Below are positions 23,316 through 36,519 of a DNA stretch of 64,000 bases, one piece after another. The DNA is from Amphiscolops sp. MND2022 (lineage: Eukaryota), in NCBI GenBank assembly GCA_964187785.1, contig OZ076421.1:19158001-19222000 (forward strand), in the 5' to 3' direction. The position numbers and the translations under genes were made by a program. The notes below the pieces were generated by a model. That model made no database searches. It had not been told where the DNA came from and was given only the letters and a program-made list of their open reading frames with translations. The stretch's first letter is position 1. Every line of letters begins with the position of its first letter.

Positions 23316-26300
23316 AAAACATAAAAAGTTTGCATTTAAAACACTTTTGTAGGTACTGGTTTTCATACTTATGTGTATTTAGTACACTTATTCAACTAAA
23401 GAAACCCATGTAACCGTTGAACCCCAATACGGTAAAAAAAAACTAGAACAGTTTGATGTTTTTAGAGGTTGTTGCTGTTGCTTAAATAATTGTTTTATAG
23501 TTAGTTACATGAAAATTGACTTTGATATATAGGAAATTTGCGACTGGCTATAAGATTAGAAACAACGTATACAAGAAGCTACATGTGTTACTGTTACCTC
23601 AGAAACACAAGCAAAGCAAAATTGCCCAGTACTTGGAAACGCTTGAACTCAAGTTGGCATCTAGAATTTAACTTTGTCCGTTGTACATGTAGGAAGAGAA
23701 CCATATATTTCTTCTGGACAATGAAGAACATTCTTTTCTAACGTACAAAAACCAGGAAAGCTCTATGGCAAAAGTTATATCAAAAGCATAACTAAATTTG
23801 GCCGACAGAGTGGTGAATCTCGCTCCAGGAGGACGTTATGAGTGTACATGTCTCGAAATTAAATGGCAGATCTGCCGGTGTTTCTTCTTTCACCAAGACC
23901 TTTTATGTTGATGAGAGACTAGTCTCGTCTCATTGACAATCAGCATTGAAAATGCTCGTGGAAAAAGTTTCATCACGAAAAGCAGTTGAGCAGTAGTGTC
24001 ACTGCAATCGACTACGAACTCGAGGATGCAATTTGAAAAGAATTTAATAATCAAGACTGTATTCTGTAACGGTATCTGATTTATGGCAATAGGTATTTAT
24101 TTGTCATCTGACTTCAGTTTGGCAAGTTGTTGGAAAATACCTAATTCACAGTTTTCGCACTTTAGTTTCCTCACACTATTCAAGGGCATTAAGTTAATTA
24201 GTGCATCTCAATCTACCACACTTCCCTCTCTATTGAGGAAACATCAGGGGAAAGTAATTACATTTGAAATGTTATGCTGTAGGTTTCATTACATCATGTT
24301 TCTCAGATATACCATTGTACAATAATCAAGGTTAAATGTAATGTTTCAACCAATAACATAAAACTGCTAAATTTAGCAAAACAAAGGCTACTACAGCAAT
24401 TAGGATACAACACGAACAGTTGATTTTAAAAGTTCCATTGTTTAAAATGTTTAATTGTTTTCGGTAAGCCTTTGTTTTGGTTTAGTGATTTCATAGACGC
24501 TAGGGAGACTGTCTTCTTCCTGGCTAGATGTGGCTTCTCTTTTGGAGATCATGATGTTGTTCCCCAGGCGGTCAGGCTTCTTTGTAACGCGGCTTGATGC
24601 TCTTTTCTTCTCCCATTTGTCTGTTCCTTAAATGGGAGCACTTTGATTTCCACTTGTTGCGGGAACAGTAGTTGGAGTGATTTGAGTTTCTCGTTCATCT
24701 TCTTTATTGTTTTCCGTGTTCTTTTCAGCTTCTTGTTGTTCTATTGCCTGTTCAGCTTGTCTTTTTTCGTCTTCTTCGCTTGTTTCATTCGTTTTGATTT
24801 TTATTGGGATTGGCTATCTTTTTATTTCGTCCATTGAGTCTGTTTCATTCGCTGTCTGCATTCATTTGGAAGCTTTTCCCATTTCGACTCTTTTGTTGTC
24901 GTTTGCCCTTTTTCTGGATTTTGCAGATTCTTTATTTTTGGCCAATTGTTGTTGCTGCTGCATTGGTGTACTTCTGCCTCCTTGTTTTGCCATGTCACGT
25001 CTCTTTTCGAGTATGTCACTTTCATCCCTGTTTTTGGCAAAATCGAAATTGTATGTTCGGACTGGCCTACTACCGCTCCTTCCACTTTTTTAAAAGCTCC
25101 TTCGAGCTTTGTCCCCCTCATTCGCTCGCGCACCAAAATTGTTGAGTCTGCCTCGCTGGAATCATCTGGTTCCATCTCGATGAGCGGGTCTCTCTCAAAA
25201 AGACATTTTTCTACCATCACTGATTTTAGCGTGTTTGGTTTTCGTCCTACTTAACTTTCAAAAGCTGATTTTCCATCCGCGCCTTTTTCTGTTCTTAGTG
25301 CAAATAGGATGCTTAAAATTTCATTTTTATCTCGCTCAACTACTATTTTTTCGATCGTCCTCAATCTCTCATTTCTCTCATTTATGGTTCTTATCATTCT
25401 TTCCCCTTTTCCATTTCACCGTGGAAAACAAAAAAAGACTGCATTCCAAACACTTTTGTAGGTACTGGTTTTCTTTTTTATGTATATTTAGTACACTTAT
25501 TCAACTAAAGAAACCCATGTAATCATTGAACCCCCATACAGTAAAAAACTAGAACAGTTTGTTGTTTTTAGAGGTTGTTGCTGTTGCTTAAATAAATAAC
25601 TGTTTTATAGTTAGTTACATGATTATTGACTTTGATATATAGGAAATTTGCGACTGGCTATAAGATTAGAAACTGTTACCACGTATACAAGAAGCTACAT
25701 GTGTTACTGTTACCTCAGAAACACAAGCAAAGCAAAATTGCCCAGTACTTGGAAACGCTTGAACTCAAGTTGGCATCTAGAATTTAACTTTGTTCGTTGT
25801 ACATGTAGGAAGAGAACCATATATTTCTTCTGGACAATGAAGAACATTCTTTTCTAACGTACAAAAACCAGGAAAGCTCTATGGCAAAAGTTATATCAAA
25901 AGCATAACTAAATTTGGCCGACAGAGTGGCGAATCTCGCTCCAGGAGCACGTTATGAGTGTACATGTCTCGAAATTAAATGGCAGATCTGCCGGTGTTTC
26001 TTCTTTCACCAAGACATTTTATGTTGATGAGAGACTAGTCTCGTCTCATTGACAATCAGCATTGAAAATGCTCGTGGAAAAAGTTTCATCGCGAAAAGCA
26101 GTTGAGCAGTAGTGTCCCTGCAATCGACTACGAACTCGAGGATGCAATTTGAAAAGAATTTAATAATCAAGACTGTATTCTGTAACGGTATTCTGATTTA
26201 CGGCAATAGGTATTTATTTGTCATCTGACTTCAGTTTGGCAAGTTGTTGGAAAATACCTAATTCACAGTTTTCGCACTTTAGTTTCCTCACACTATTCAA

Positions 26301-29300
26301 GGGCATTAAGTTAATTAGTGCATCTCAATCTACTACACTTCCCTCTCTATTGAGGAAACATCAGGGGAAATTAATTACATTTGAAATGTTATGCTGTAGG
26401 TTTCTTTACATCATGTTTCTCAGATATACCATTGTACAATAATCAAGGTTAAATGTAATGTTTCAACCAATAACATAAAACTGCTAAATTTAGCAAAACC
26501 AAGGCTACTACAGCAATTAGGATACAACACGAACAGTTGATTTTAAAAGTTCCATTGTTTAAAATGTTTAATTGTTTTCGGTAAGCCTTTGTTTTGGTTT
26601 AGTGATTTCATAGACGCTAGGGAGACTCTCTTCTTCCTGGCTAGATGTGGCTTCTCTTTTGGAGATCATGATGTTGTTCCCCAGGCGGTCAGGCTTCTTT
26701 GTAACGCAGCTTGATGCTCTTTTCTTCTCCCATTTGACTGTTCCTTAAATGGGAGCACTTTGATTTCCACTTGTTGCGGGAACAGTAGTTGGAATGATTT
26801 GAGTTTCTCGTTCATCTTCTTTATTGTTTTCCGTGTTCTTTTCAGCTTCTTGTTGTTCTATTGCCTGTTCAGCTTGTCTTTTTTTTCGTCTTCTTCGCTT
26901 GTTTCATTCGTTTTGATTTTTTTTGGGATTGGCTATCTTTTTATTTCGTCCATTGAGTCTGTTTCATTCGCTGTCTGCATTCATTTGGAAGCTTTTCCCA
27001 TTTCGACTCTTTTGTTGTCGTTTGCCCTTTTTCAGGATTTTGCCGATTTTTTTTATTTTTGGCCAATTGTTGTTGCTGCTGCATTGGGGTACTTCTGCCT
27101 CCTTGTTTTGCCATGTCACGTCTCTTTTCGAGTATGTCACTTTCTTCCCTGGTTTTGGCAAAATCGAAATTGTATGTTCGGACTGGCCTACTACCGCTCC
27201 TTTCACTTTTTTAAAAGCTCCTTCGAGCTTTGTCCCCCTCATTCGCTCGCGCACCAAAACTGTTGAATCTGCCTCGCTGGAATCATCTGGCTCTATCTCG
27301 ATGAGCGGGTCTCAATCTTTCGTTCGTCCTCAATCTCTCATTTTTCTCATTTATGGTTCTTATCATTCTTTCCCCTTTTCCGTTTCACCGTGGAAAACAT
27401 AAAAAGACTGCATTTCAAACACTTTTGTAGGTACTGGTTTTCATTTTTATGTATATTTAGTACACTTATTCAACTAAAGAAACCCATGTAATCATTGAAC
27501 CCCCATACAGTAAAAAACTAGAACAGTTTGTTGTTTTTAGAGGTTGTTGCTGTTGCTTAAATAAATAACTGTTTTATAGTTAGTTACATGATTATTGACT
27601 TTGATATATAGGAAATTTGCGACTGGCTATAAGATTAGAAACTGTTACCACGTATACAAGAAGCTACATGTGTTACTGTTACATCAGAAACACAAGCAAA
27701 GCAAAATTGCCCAGTACTTGGAAACGCTTGAACTCAAGTTGGCATCTAGAATTTAACTTTGTCCGTTGTACATGTAGGAAGAGAACCATATATTTCTTCT
27801 GGACAATGAAGAACATTCCTTTCTAACGTACAAAAACCAGGAAAGCTCTTTGGCAAAAGTTATATCAAAAGCATAACTAAATTTGGCCAACAGAGTGGTG
27901 AATCTCGCTCCATGAGGACGTTATGAGTGTACATGTCTCAAAATTAAATGGCAGATCTGCCGGTGTTTCTTCTTTCACCCAGACCTTTTATGTTGATGAG
28001 AGACTAGTCTCGTCTCATTGACAATCAGCATTTAAAATGCTCGTGGAAAAAGTTTCATCACGAAAAGCAGTTAAGCAGTAGTGTCCCTGCAATCGACTAC
28101 GAACTCGAGGATGCAATTTGAAAAGAATCTAATAATCAAGACTGTATTCTGTAACGGTATTCAAATTTATGGCAATAGGTATTTATTTGTCATCTGACTT
28201 CAGTTTGGCAAGTTGTTGGTAAATACCTAATTCACAGTTTTCGCACTTTAGTTTCCTCACACTATTCAAGGGCATTAAGTTAATTAGTGCATCTCAATCT
28301 ACTACACTTCCCTCTCAATTGAGGAAACATCTGGGGAAAGTAATTACATTTGAAATGTTATGCTGTAGGTTTCTTTACATCATGTTTCTCAGATATACCA
28401 TTGTACAATAATCAAGGTTAATTGTAATGTTTCAACCAATAACATAAAACTGCTAAATTTAGCAAAACCAAGGCTACTACAGCAATTAGGATACAACACG
28501 AACAGTTGATTTTAAAAGTTCCATTGTTTAAAATGTTTAATTGTTTTCGGTAAGCCTTTGTTTTGGTTTAGTGATTTCATAGACGCTAGGGAGCTCTCTT
28601 CTTCCTGGCTAGATGTGGCTTCTCTTTTGGAGATCATGTTGTTGTTCCCCAGGCGGTCAGGCTTCTTTGTAACGCAGCTTGATGCTCTTTTCTTCTCCCA
28701 TTTGACTGTTCCTTAATGGGAGCACTTTGATTTCCACTTGTTGCGGGAACAGTAGTTGGAGTGATATGAGTTTCTCGTTCATCTTCTTTATTGTTTTCCG
28801 TGTTTTTTTCAGCTTCTTGTTGTTCTATTGCCTGTTCAGCTTGTCTTTCTTTTTCGTCTTCTTCGCTTGTTTCATTCGTTTTGATTTTTATTGGGATTGG
28901 CTATCTTTTTATTTCGTCCATTGAGTATGTTTCAATCGCTGTCTGCATTCATTTGGAAGCTTTTCCCATTTCGACTCTTTTGTTGTCGTTTGCCCTTTTT
29001 CAGGATTTTGCCGATTTTTTTATTTTTGGCCAATTGTTGTTGCTGCTGCATTGGGGTACTTCTGCCTCCTTGTTTTGCCATGTCACGTCTCTTTTCGAGT
29101 ATGTCACTTTCTTCCCTGTTTTGGGCAAAATCGAAATTGTATGTTCGGACTGGCCTACTACCGCTCCTTTCACTTTTTTAAAAGCTCCTTCGAGCTTTGT
29201 CCCCCTCATTCGCTCGCGCACCGAAATTGGTGAGTCTGCCTCGCTGGAATCATCTGGCTCTATCTCGATGAGCGGGTCTCTCTAAAAGACATTTTTCTAC

Positions 29301-29509
29301 CATCACTGATGTTAGCGTGTTTGGTTTTCTTCCTACTTAACTTTCAAAGGCTGATTTTCCATCCGCTCCTTTTTCTGTTCTTAGTGCAAATAGGATGTTT
29401 AAAACTTCATTTTTATCTCGCTCAACTACTATTTTTTGTTCGTCCTCAATCTCTCATTTCTCTCATTTATAGTTCTTATCATTCTTTCCCCTTTTCCGTT
29501 TCCCCTGTG
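23316..29509. repeat. Tandem triplication of a ~2.0-2.1-kb unit (host flank + TSD + 3' LTR + integrase tail of element 2)
   Basis: Units start at ~23316, ~25425 and ~27394 (AAAAC(A)TAAAAAG..GCATT..AAACACTTTTGTAGG). Unit 2 has an internal ~150-bp deletion. LTR copies are at 24003-24220, 26119-26337 and 28088-28306. Confidence 0.93.
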
Positions 29510-32500
29510 GTCTCTTACGGGGCACATTACATGTTTTATAAATTTTTCGTCACAAAATTGTTTAAATTTTTCACACTTGAATACAGTGCCGGGGTCGGTT
29601 CGTATTCGTTTTGGAATTCCGTTTATTGGTAAGGTATTTTATTTCGTTTATTTAATTCCGTTTATTGGTATTTGGTAAGGAACTCAATTACTTTCTCGGC
29701 TGTTGGATTCGGTAAAAACATTGCATATGGCCATCCTGAAAAATTATCTAAAGATACCATTAAGTATTTCATTTGCTTATGCGCAATATGAAAAAGTCCT
29801 GCAAAATCGATTGAGACTTTCTCGCTTGGTTCTTTTGTTTCCGGTAATTTTCCAAATTCATTTTCCGTTTTTATGCAATTTAAATTCTTACCTGCTCTTT
29901 GACAATCTTACAATTCTGCGCTTTCTCGACTATCTCTCTGTGTACTTTCGGGCACCAAATGTCTGATGCTTCACGTAGCATTGCATCACGACCGGCATGT
30001 CCGTAGTGGATAGCGCACACAATGTTGTCTCTCATATCCTTCGGGATAACTAAACGATTGTCCATAAACAATAAGCCTTGTTCATTAACGCTAAAAGATA
30101 GAAATTTTTCCCTCCAAGGCGGTGGAAGACAATCGCCGTGTTTTTGTTTTGTAATTTTATCGTTTTCATAATTGGCCTTAATGTAAACTTTACTAGTTTT
30201 TGAATTTGCCAAATTGCTTGCCATTTTGGATGCTTGCCATTTGAATCTGCCATTTTGGATGCTTGCTTTGACGGATCAACTTGTTTGCATTTGTTTAATT
30301 TGTGCAACGGCGCGTGAATTGTCAACACTTCTCTTCCTTACATTTGCTTCTTTACGAGTTTTTTTCGCTCTCATTGGTTCGTTCGTTTTGGCTAATGCCG
30401 CTTTATAGATCGTTGGCACAATTTCATTCACTACGTTAACCGTAACCAATTATTGAACATTTCTTCCGCCTTAATTATTAACACTCATATTGTGATGGGT
30501 GGCGCGATAAATAATTCGCCAGTCCCAGTGTTCGGACTGGTGTATGTATTACTGAATTTTGGAAAGGTAACAGGCGGTCTACCCAGCGGGTTAAACTACT
30601 AGAGAACGTTTTATTTCCTTTGTTAGCTTTCAAAACACTTTGTAACGCTTTGTGGTCCGAGACCACGCCGAATTCTACTCCATACACGTAATTTTTAAAA
30701 TGTTCGATTGACCAAACGACCGCAAGTAATTCCAATTCCTGTATTGAGTACTTTGATTCCAATTCTGTTAAAAATTGTGAGGCGTACGCTAATGGTTTCC
30801 AACTGTCTTGTTCCTTCATTTGGAGCACTGCACCTACTCCGTTTTTGCTTGCATCATATATTATTCGGAGAGGTTTGTTTCTCTTGAAATGAGTTAGTTC
30901 TGCTACCTTTTTCACTTCTTCATTTACTTTTATAAACGTTGTTTCGTGCTCTTCTGTTCAGTTCCAGGCAGCTTCTTTTTTCAAAATTGACCTGAAAGGA
31001 AAACGAATGGACGCCAGGTCCGGTACGAATTTATTGAACTGGTTCACCGCTCCCAAGAATGATCTTATATCTTTCAAATTTGCCGGTCTTAACCTTTCTG
31101 TTATTCCTTGGACTTTTGAATTGATTGGCGAAATACCAGAATTTGTCAATTTGATACCAAACCACTCAATTTCCTGTTTAGCAAATATGCACTTTCCCGC
31201 CTTCAATTTACTGTTTACTAGTAATCTAGCCTTTTTGACGTAGCTGTCACCCACTTGAAGCTCACAGAAGACGTATCCAAGGAGATTTAGTGGTTTTCCA
31301 TTGAAGTCCACATACTTTTCTTCCTTGATTAGATCACGTACTTGCAATGTTTCTCTTTTCATTTTTCTTTTCAGTTCATCTATTGCGAATATTGTAACTG
31401 GGGATCCAGAATCTATCATCCATTAATAAATATATCCACATTTCCATTAATAAAATGCTCCATGAAAAACGGCTTTGAATTTTCTTCGTCTCCTTCAACG
31501 TTCAGGACAGTGTAGTTTTCCTCATCTTCGTCTTCTTCTTCTTGATCTACAAGCTGTACTCGTCTGCCTGGTGACTCGAATTTGCCAGTTTGTCTTGTTT
31601 TGGCTTTTTTCATAAAATTGTCATTTTTCTTATGGTTACACACACGTTCCAGACGGCCCTTTCTGCCGCAGCAGTTACACATTGCTCTTTGAGCTTTACA
31701 TACCTTTAAGTGCTCCATGGTGAAATTACCTGCTCCATATATCCAGCATTCACGGTCATTCTGTTTACTTCCGCTGACTGTACATATTGGCTCTTCTTTT
31801 ATTTTGTGATCTTGTGCAATGTAGCCGTATGTCTTCGCAATCCATCTTCGAACGCTATCGCAAACTGTAACGCTTCATTGGGGTTATCTTTTGGTTCGGT
31901 ACATATTTTTTCCTGTATCTGCTTATTAACCATGTTGAGTACGAAGATATCGTACACTAACCCCTTTGTTTGGTTGCCAAAGTCACCTTTCGCGGCAAAA
32001 CAGTTTAGTACATTCTAGAATTGATGTAATGATTCTGTTGGCTTTTGCTTTCTTGAAAGAAATGTGTGCCTGTCCAGCGTTCTATTTCTTCTTGTTTGGA
32101 AGCTTTCCGCACAATGTTGTAAAAAGTTGTTTAGCTGAGTCCGAAGGATGTTGATGTGGGGGAACTTGTCCATTAACATTTTTCGCCCTGTTTTTCAAAT
32201 CGCAATGTACAATGGGCTAGTTGCCTTTCTTTTTGCTGGCTCTTCCTCAAGATTTCCCATCATAGCTGCAACTCTGGGATTTTCCTGGGTTACTTCTCGG
32301 GTTAATTCGGTTACTGAGATTGAATGTCTCGCAAGAACCGCCACTTCAAAGAGCTGAATCCATTGTTCCCATTCATACGTTGGAGGCTTCTCCGCCTCCT
32401 GCCAGAAGTACTGCAAACCAGATACTGGTGAATTGGAAGAATCTTCTTCAGATTCTCGCAGCGCCATGTAATCGACTACGAACTCGAGGATGCAATTTAA

Positions 32501-32685
32501 AAAGAATAGAATAATCAAGACTGTTTTCTGTTACGGTATTCTGATTTATGGCAATATGTATTTATTTGTCATCTGACTTCAGTTTGGCAAGTTGTTGGTA
32601 AATAACTAATTGACAGTCTTCGCACTTTAGTTTTCTCACACTATTCAAGGGCAATGAGTTAATTAGTGAATCTCAATCTATCACA
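28088..32685 (-). mobile_element. Degenerate, internally deleted Ty3/Gypsy element (element 2) with 219-bp LTRs
   Basis: LTRs at 32467-32685 and 28088-28306 (TG...CA, roughly 90% identical by eye); TSD GTCCC at 28083-28087 and 32686-32690; PBS TGGCGCTGCGAG at 32455-32466; PPT-like GAGGGAAG directly before the 3' LTR. Confidence 0.9.
28900..32467 (-). pseudogene. Gag-pol relic of element 2
   Basis: Gag MALRESEE... starts at the LTR/PBS junction, with Cys/His knuckle remnants. PR MIDSGS; RT tail KCIF..EIEWFG (YxDD core deleted); RNase H YDASK..ELELLAVVW..SDHKAL; integrase HYGH, IDFAG, RTDPG, ERMIRT. Many stops and frameshifts. Confidence 0.88.
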
Positions 32686-32899
32686 GTCCCACATAAACGC
32701 AAATGATGACCGTAGATAATTTCTCAGAATTAAAGACTTCTCGTTTTCTATTAAAGAAAAAGAATCATGATGAAAACGGTAGGCTACATTCTCATTACAG
32801 ACTGTATCATGAAGTTCGAAAGCTACAAAACGTTGAGATCTCAGGGTTTCTTGGTGAGACTTGACTCGCAGATCTTTTTTTGATCTATCAAAATTTATA

Positions 32900-33800
32900 A
32901 AACAAATGCTTGTCTAAAACTTTTTTCAAAACTTCAAAGTACCATCAAGTCCATTTTTCAGCGAAGACCCTTAAATTTCCAAACTTGAATGTTGGTTTCA
33001 TAAAAGTATTGTAGATCCTTATGAAAGTAATTGTAACCGCAATATGTCCAATTCTTGAGAAATATATCTGGCTTTATCTCAACCAAAAACTGAACGTACT
33101 ACTCAAATGTAATAATCTTTTCGATAAAGACATATCAATTTCACAAAATTCGTGCAGTTTGAACTTACTTTTTTTAGCGTAGAATTGTGATCCATGCAGT
33201 TAAAAAAATTCGCAGGAGTGTTTTTTACTGTTTAAACTCAGCTTGGTTTTAAACCATCCAGTGGGAAATAGTTTCGAAAATCTTCTCCAATGAAATTTTG
33301 TAATTTCAAATTGCATCAGCAAACAGATTTCGTACAAGGCTTCCACAAGATATTGGGAAGTCATTCACTAACGTTATGATACTAAGTGTATCAACTGTGG
33401 GTTTGACGTGACAACTTTCCCTTTTCTCAAGGTTTTTCATTGGTTTCACCATGGTATTAGGCGAATATTACAAGAACTATTCGAGATAAGATACTCAAAC
33501 AACATACGCTTAAAATTTCTGCTTCAAGGTATCAAACAATTTCTTTCAATAGTGGAGATTGCCTGGCACTACCTTTTTTCAATTATGTCTGACCAACTCG
33601 GTTTTTCTCTGCAATTTGAAGCGATTTTTTTTGCCCCACTGAAGAAGATTCTTTTCATTCAAGAAGGCATACAAACGGTATTGAACGATTTCGAATTCTT
33701 TATCAATTATTGAAATATGGTGACTGTTAGAACTAGTTGTGTTTGGTCCTTCAAAGTCAGCAGTTAACACGTCTATTATATTGCGTTAGTTTCGATCCTA
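32900..33800 (-). pseudogene. Highly degraded non-LTR (LINE) reverse transcriptase fragment
   Basis: Remnant motifs on the minus strand: HISIIDKEFE..RLYAFLNEKNLL, FDT and LFADA (~33315; cf. FADD). Confidence 0.5.
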
Positions 33801-33900
33801 GAAGTGGAACAACCTTGTCCCGACAAAACATTTGACAATATTTCTACTTTGAATGATAGGTTCAATCGGTCTTAACATCTTTCTTTAACTGCGCTCAGTG

Positions 33901-33989
33901 TCACGTAAGCTTTTGGACATTCTATTCTAAATTAAATTAGAGATCATCTCTAATTTAATTGAGATAACAATGTCCAAACCCTTACGTGA
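33901..33989. repeat. Imperfect palindrome, 44-bp arms, 1-nt loop
   Basis: Centre GAGAT-C-ATCTC at 33945; outer TCACGTAAG...CTTACGTGA. Confidence 0.9.
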
Positions 33990-34311
33990 AAAAGTTATAC
34001 TGCTACTTATCTTTATTCCAGGGTCATATTGGAGAACACCCAGAAGAGGAAATATATAAAAAACTCTCCAGGTCATCAGGAAGAAATAGAGACCACTAGT
34101 TCGATCTCAGTCGAAAATCACTGGTGTTCAGAATAGGACTTGAGGACATCATGTCCTCAAGTCCTATTCTGAACACCAGTGATTTTCGACTGAGATCGAA
34201 CTAGTGGTCTCTATTTCTTCCTGATGACCTGGAGAGTTTTTTTATATATTTCCTCTTCTGGGTGTTCTCCAATATGACCCTGGAATAAAGATAAGTAGCA
34301 GTATAATTTTT
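33990..34311. repeat. Long near-perfect palindrome, ~160-bp arms, 1-nt loop
   Basis: Centre GGACAT-C-ATGTCC at 34150; the arms match almost perfectly. Confidence 0.95.
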
Positions 34312-34948
34312 TCAATTAGTGTGCTAATGTTATACGAATCAAGTAGTGGATACAGTTAATCTGCCAGTTGTTGATAAACAAACACCAGGATTGATAAACA
34401 AATTAGCAAAATACTAATTTGGCAACAAAACAAAATGAACGGACCGTTGATAAAACAAATCAAATGATTACAAATCAAGTTTCCAAGGCAAAAATTGAAG
34501 CATGAGAGAATTCAGATCGATTATTGAGATTATTGAAATCAAAAAACTAATGGCTGTTCCTAATCCCGCATCAAGTATCAATACTTTGCGCTAGACACGC
34601 GTGATATATCCCTCGCGTGAACGTCACACCTCTGTTCACCTCGGTGTCCTTCCAAAGCATGGGAAATCCAAATAAGGTAGACTTCTTCGGGATTCGGCTT
34701 TCAGTGTCATCTCACTGTACTGAAAAGTGCGAATCAACTACCTGCCAAAGTCCCAATTCCACGTTACTTTTTTCTTCATTCCTGCTCATTCCCGCCATTT
34801 TAGGGCGCCTAACCAGCGTTAGCACTGAAGCCCATAAACCAACCTACTGATGCGGGAAATAATGAAGTTTCTATCGAGCCTGTGAACAAACCTAGTACAG
34901 CACCAGAGAAGAAATTTGGGAAAGCAAATGAATGAATTGAATTAATGA

Positions 34949-35744
34949 AATAACACAAGCAATTAATTCCCTAAAGGTATTGGGAATTTGGAATTAAATC
35001 CCGAAAAACGGCTGGTAATTTCCGCCCGGACGGGCGCTCCGGTTCACCGTTCATGGCTAAATTGTAATGATCAAATCAACCAGTTCAAACACTTTAATCA
35101 TGTAGTAATTAAAACCTTGCACTTACATCACATATCTCCGCTTAAATTTACTAATAAGGTGTTAAAGTATAGTAGTTCATTGTTAGAATGCCTAAACAAA
35201 ACAAATGTTTTTGGGTGGTGTACCGAGACCAACTCAGTTACTTGCGGCGCGTATGCTGCCTGGACAGTTGACTTAAAAATATTATCATTAACTGCACTCG
35301 TATGTATGTTCAACTGGCTAGCATAATGGTAATCTTCACCTTTCGGTGAATATACTAGCATGTTTAGATTTGTATTACTAAATTGCAATCACACTAAGAT
35401 GGTTCTGGGCTGCTTGTCCCGGACGTTTATATGGAATTCATTTCTGAGTATGCCGCCTGGGCAGTTGACTCAAATAACCAAAAAACATCATATATTTTTT
35501 GAATACACAAAATGGCAGTAAATTATAAACCAGGTTCACACTGAACATTGGTGCAAGAACCTAGGCCTGAGACTTGATGATCAGCAGCTTCAGATTTTGA
35601 TTGGTTTAGGTCTCGGAGCATACGTGCCACTGTGGTAAAAGAGTTGACACGGTGTGTTTACACGGTCTTTCTTGCACCAAGTGTGCTTCTCATGTAATGC
35701 TACGATCAATTCTCTTATAAATCCGACGTTGGGATCTCCCGACT
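34949..35744. repeat. ~0.8-kb direct repeat, copy 1 (candidate 3' LTR of element 3)
   Basis: Aligns with 39922-40715 from AATAACACAAGC to GGGATCTCCCGACT; roughly 85-90% identical by eye. Confidence 0.85.
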
Positions 35745-36519
35745 TCCTTTCAATGATCGAGATTGCATCAGATTGCTCCCAGTTTAAGTTGACATGATAC
35801 CTTGGGAAATGGGGAAATAGTTGGTGTGGGATGTCACGGGTGTGAAAGCTATTGCACCAGTCGCCTGAATAAAGTCTCCTCATGCAACCCTGGAACCACT
35901 GCCACCGAGGCTATGGCACGTACAATTACGAAGTAATGCAAATTGATAGACAATGGATACAAATTTCAACCGGTGGCCCATGAAAGTACAGGGTTCTTTA
36001 TGCGATCTAAATTAAAAGTTAGTTATCGGGAATAAGACTTGAAACTTCATGTCATAGTTCTTTCAATTTGAACATTGGTAAGGTGTGGTCACTGGGCGAA
36101 GATTTCTGGCTCCATGTCATTCGGCTAAATGACTTTTGGCCCCTTGACGTAATTTTCTGAAGCCAAACATCTTGGGTTAAAGTCAGTTAATTCCATTCAG
36201 CTGAAAATCCCTAGGGTGGAAAAGCGTGGCAGATTCTGACGTAGTTATAAGTAGAAGGTGGACAGCTAGTTTCACATACCAATAGTGCTACAAATGCAGA
36301 AGCCAAGATGAGCGTTGTGCCATATGGACATGACTCAAAGTTGCTACTTGGAGAAGTAGCGAAGCGATGAACCATACAACAAATCTGCTAAAAATAAGGG
36401 ATCATTCTTTGTTCTGTCGTGGGTGAAAAACACCACTGCAGGACGTTTCTTTGAGACAAGCGCACATCTGAAGCATACCGGCTATTATAAATAACACAAT
36501 TTAAATAACACCTCTTTAT

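Noticed and set aside
24643-29632. Hydrophobic plus-strand ORFs that look like membrane proteins, repeated three times
   Set aside because: They are the T-rich reverse complement of the Lys/Glu-rich integrase tail, and their frames differ between repeat units.
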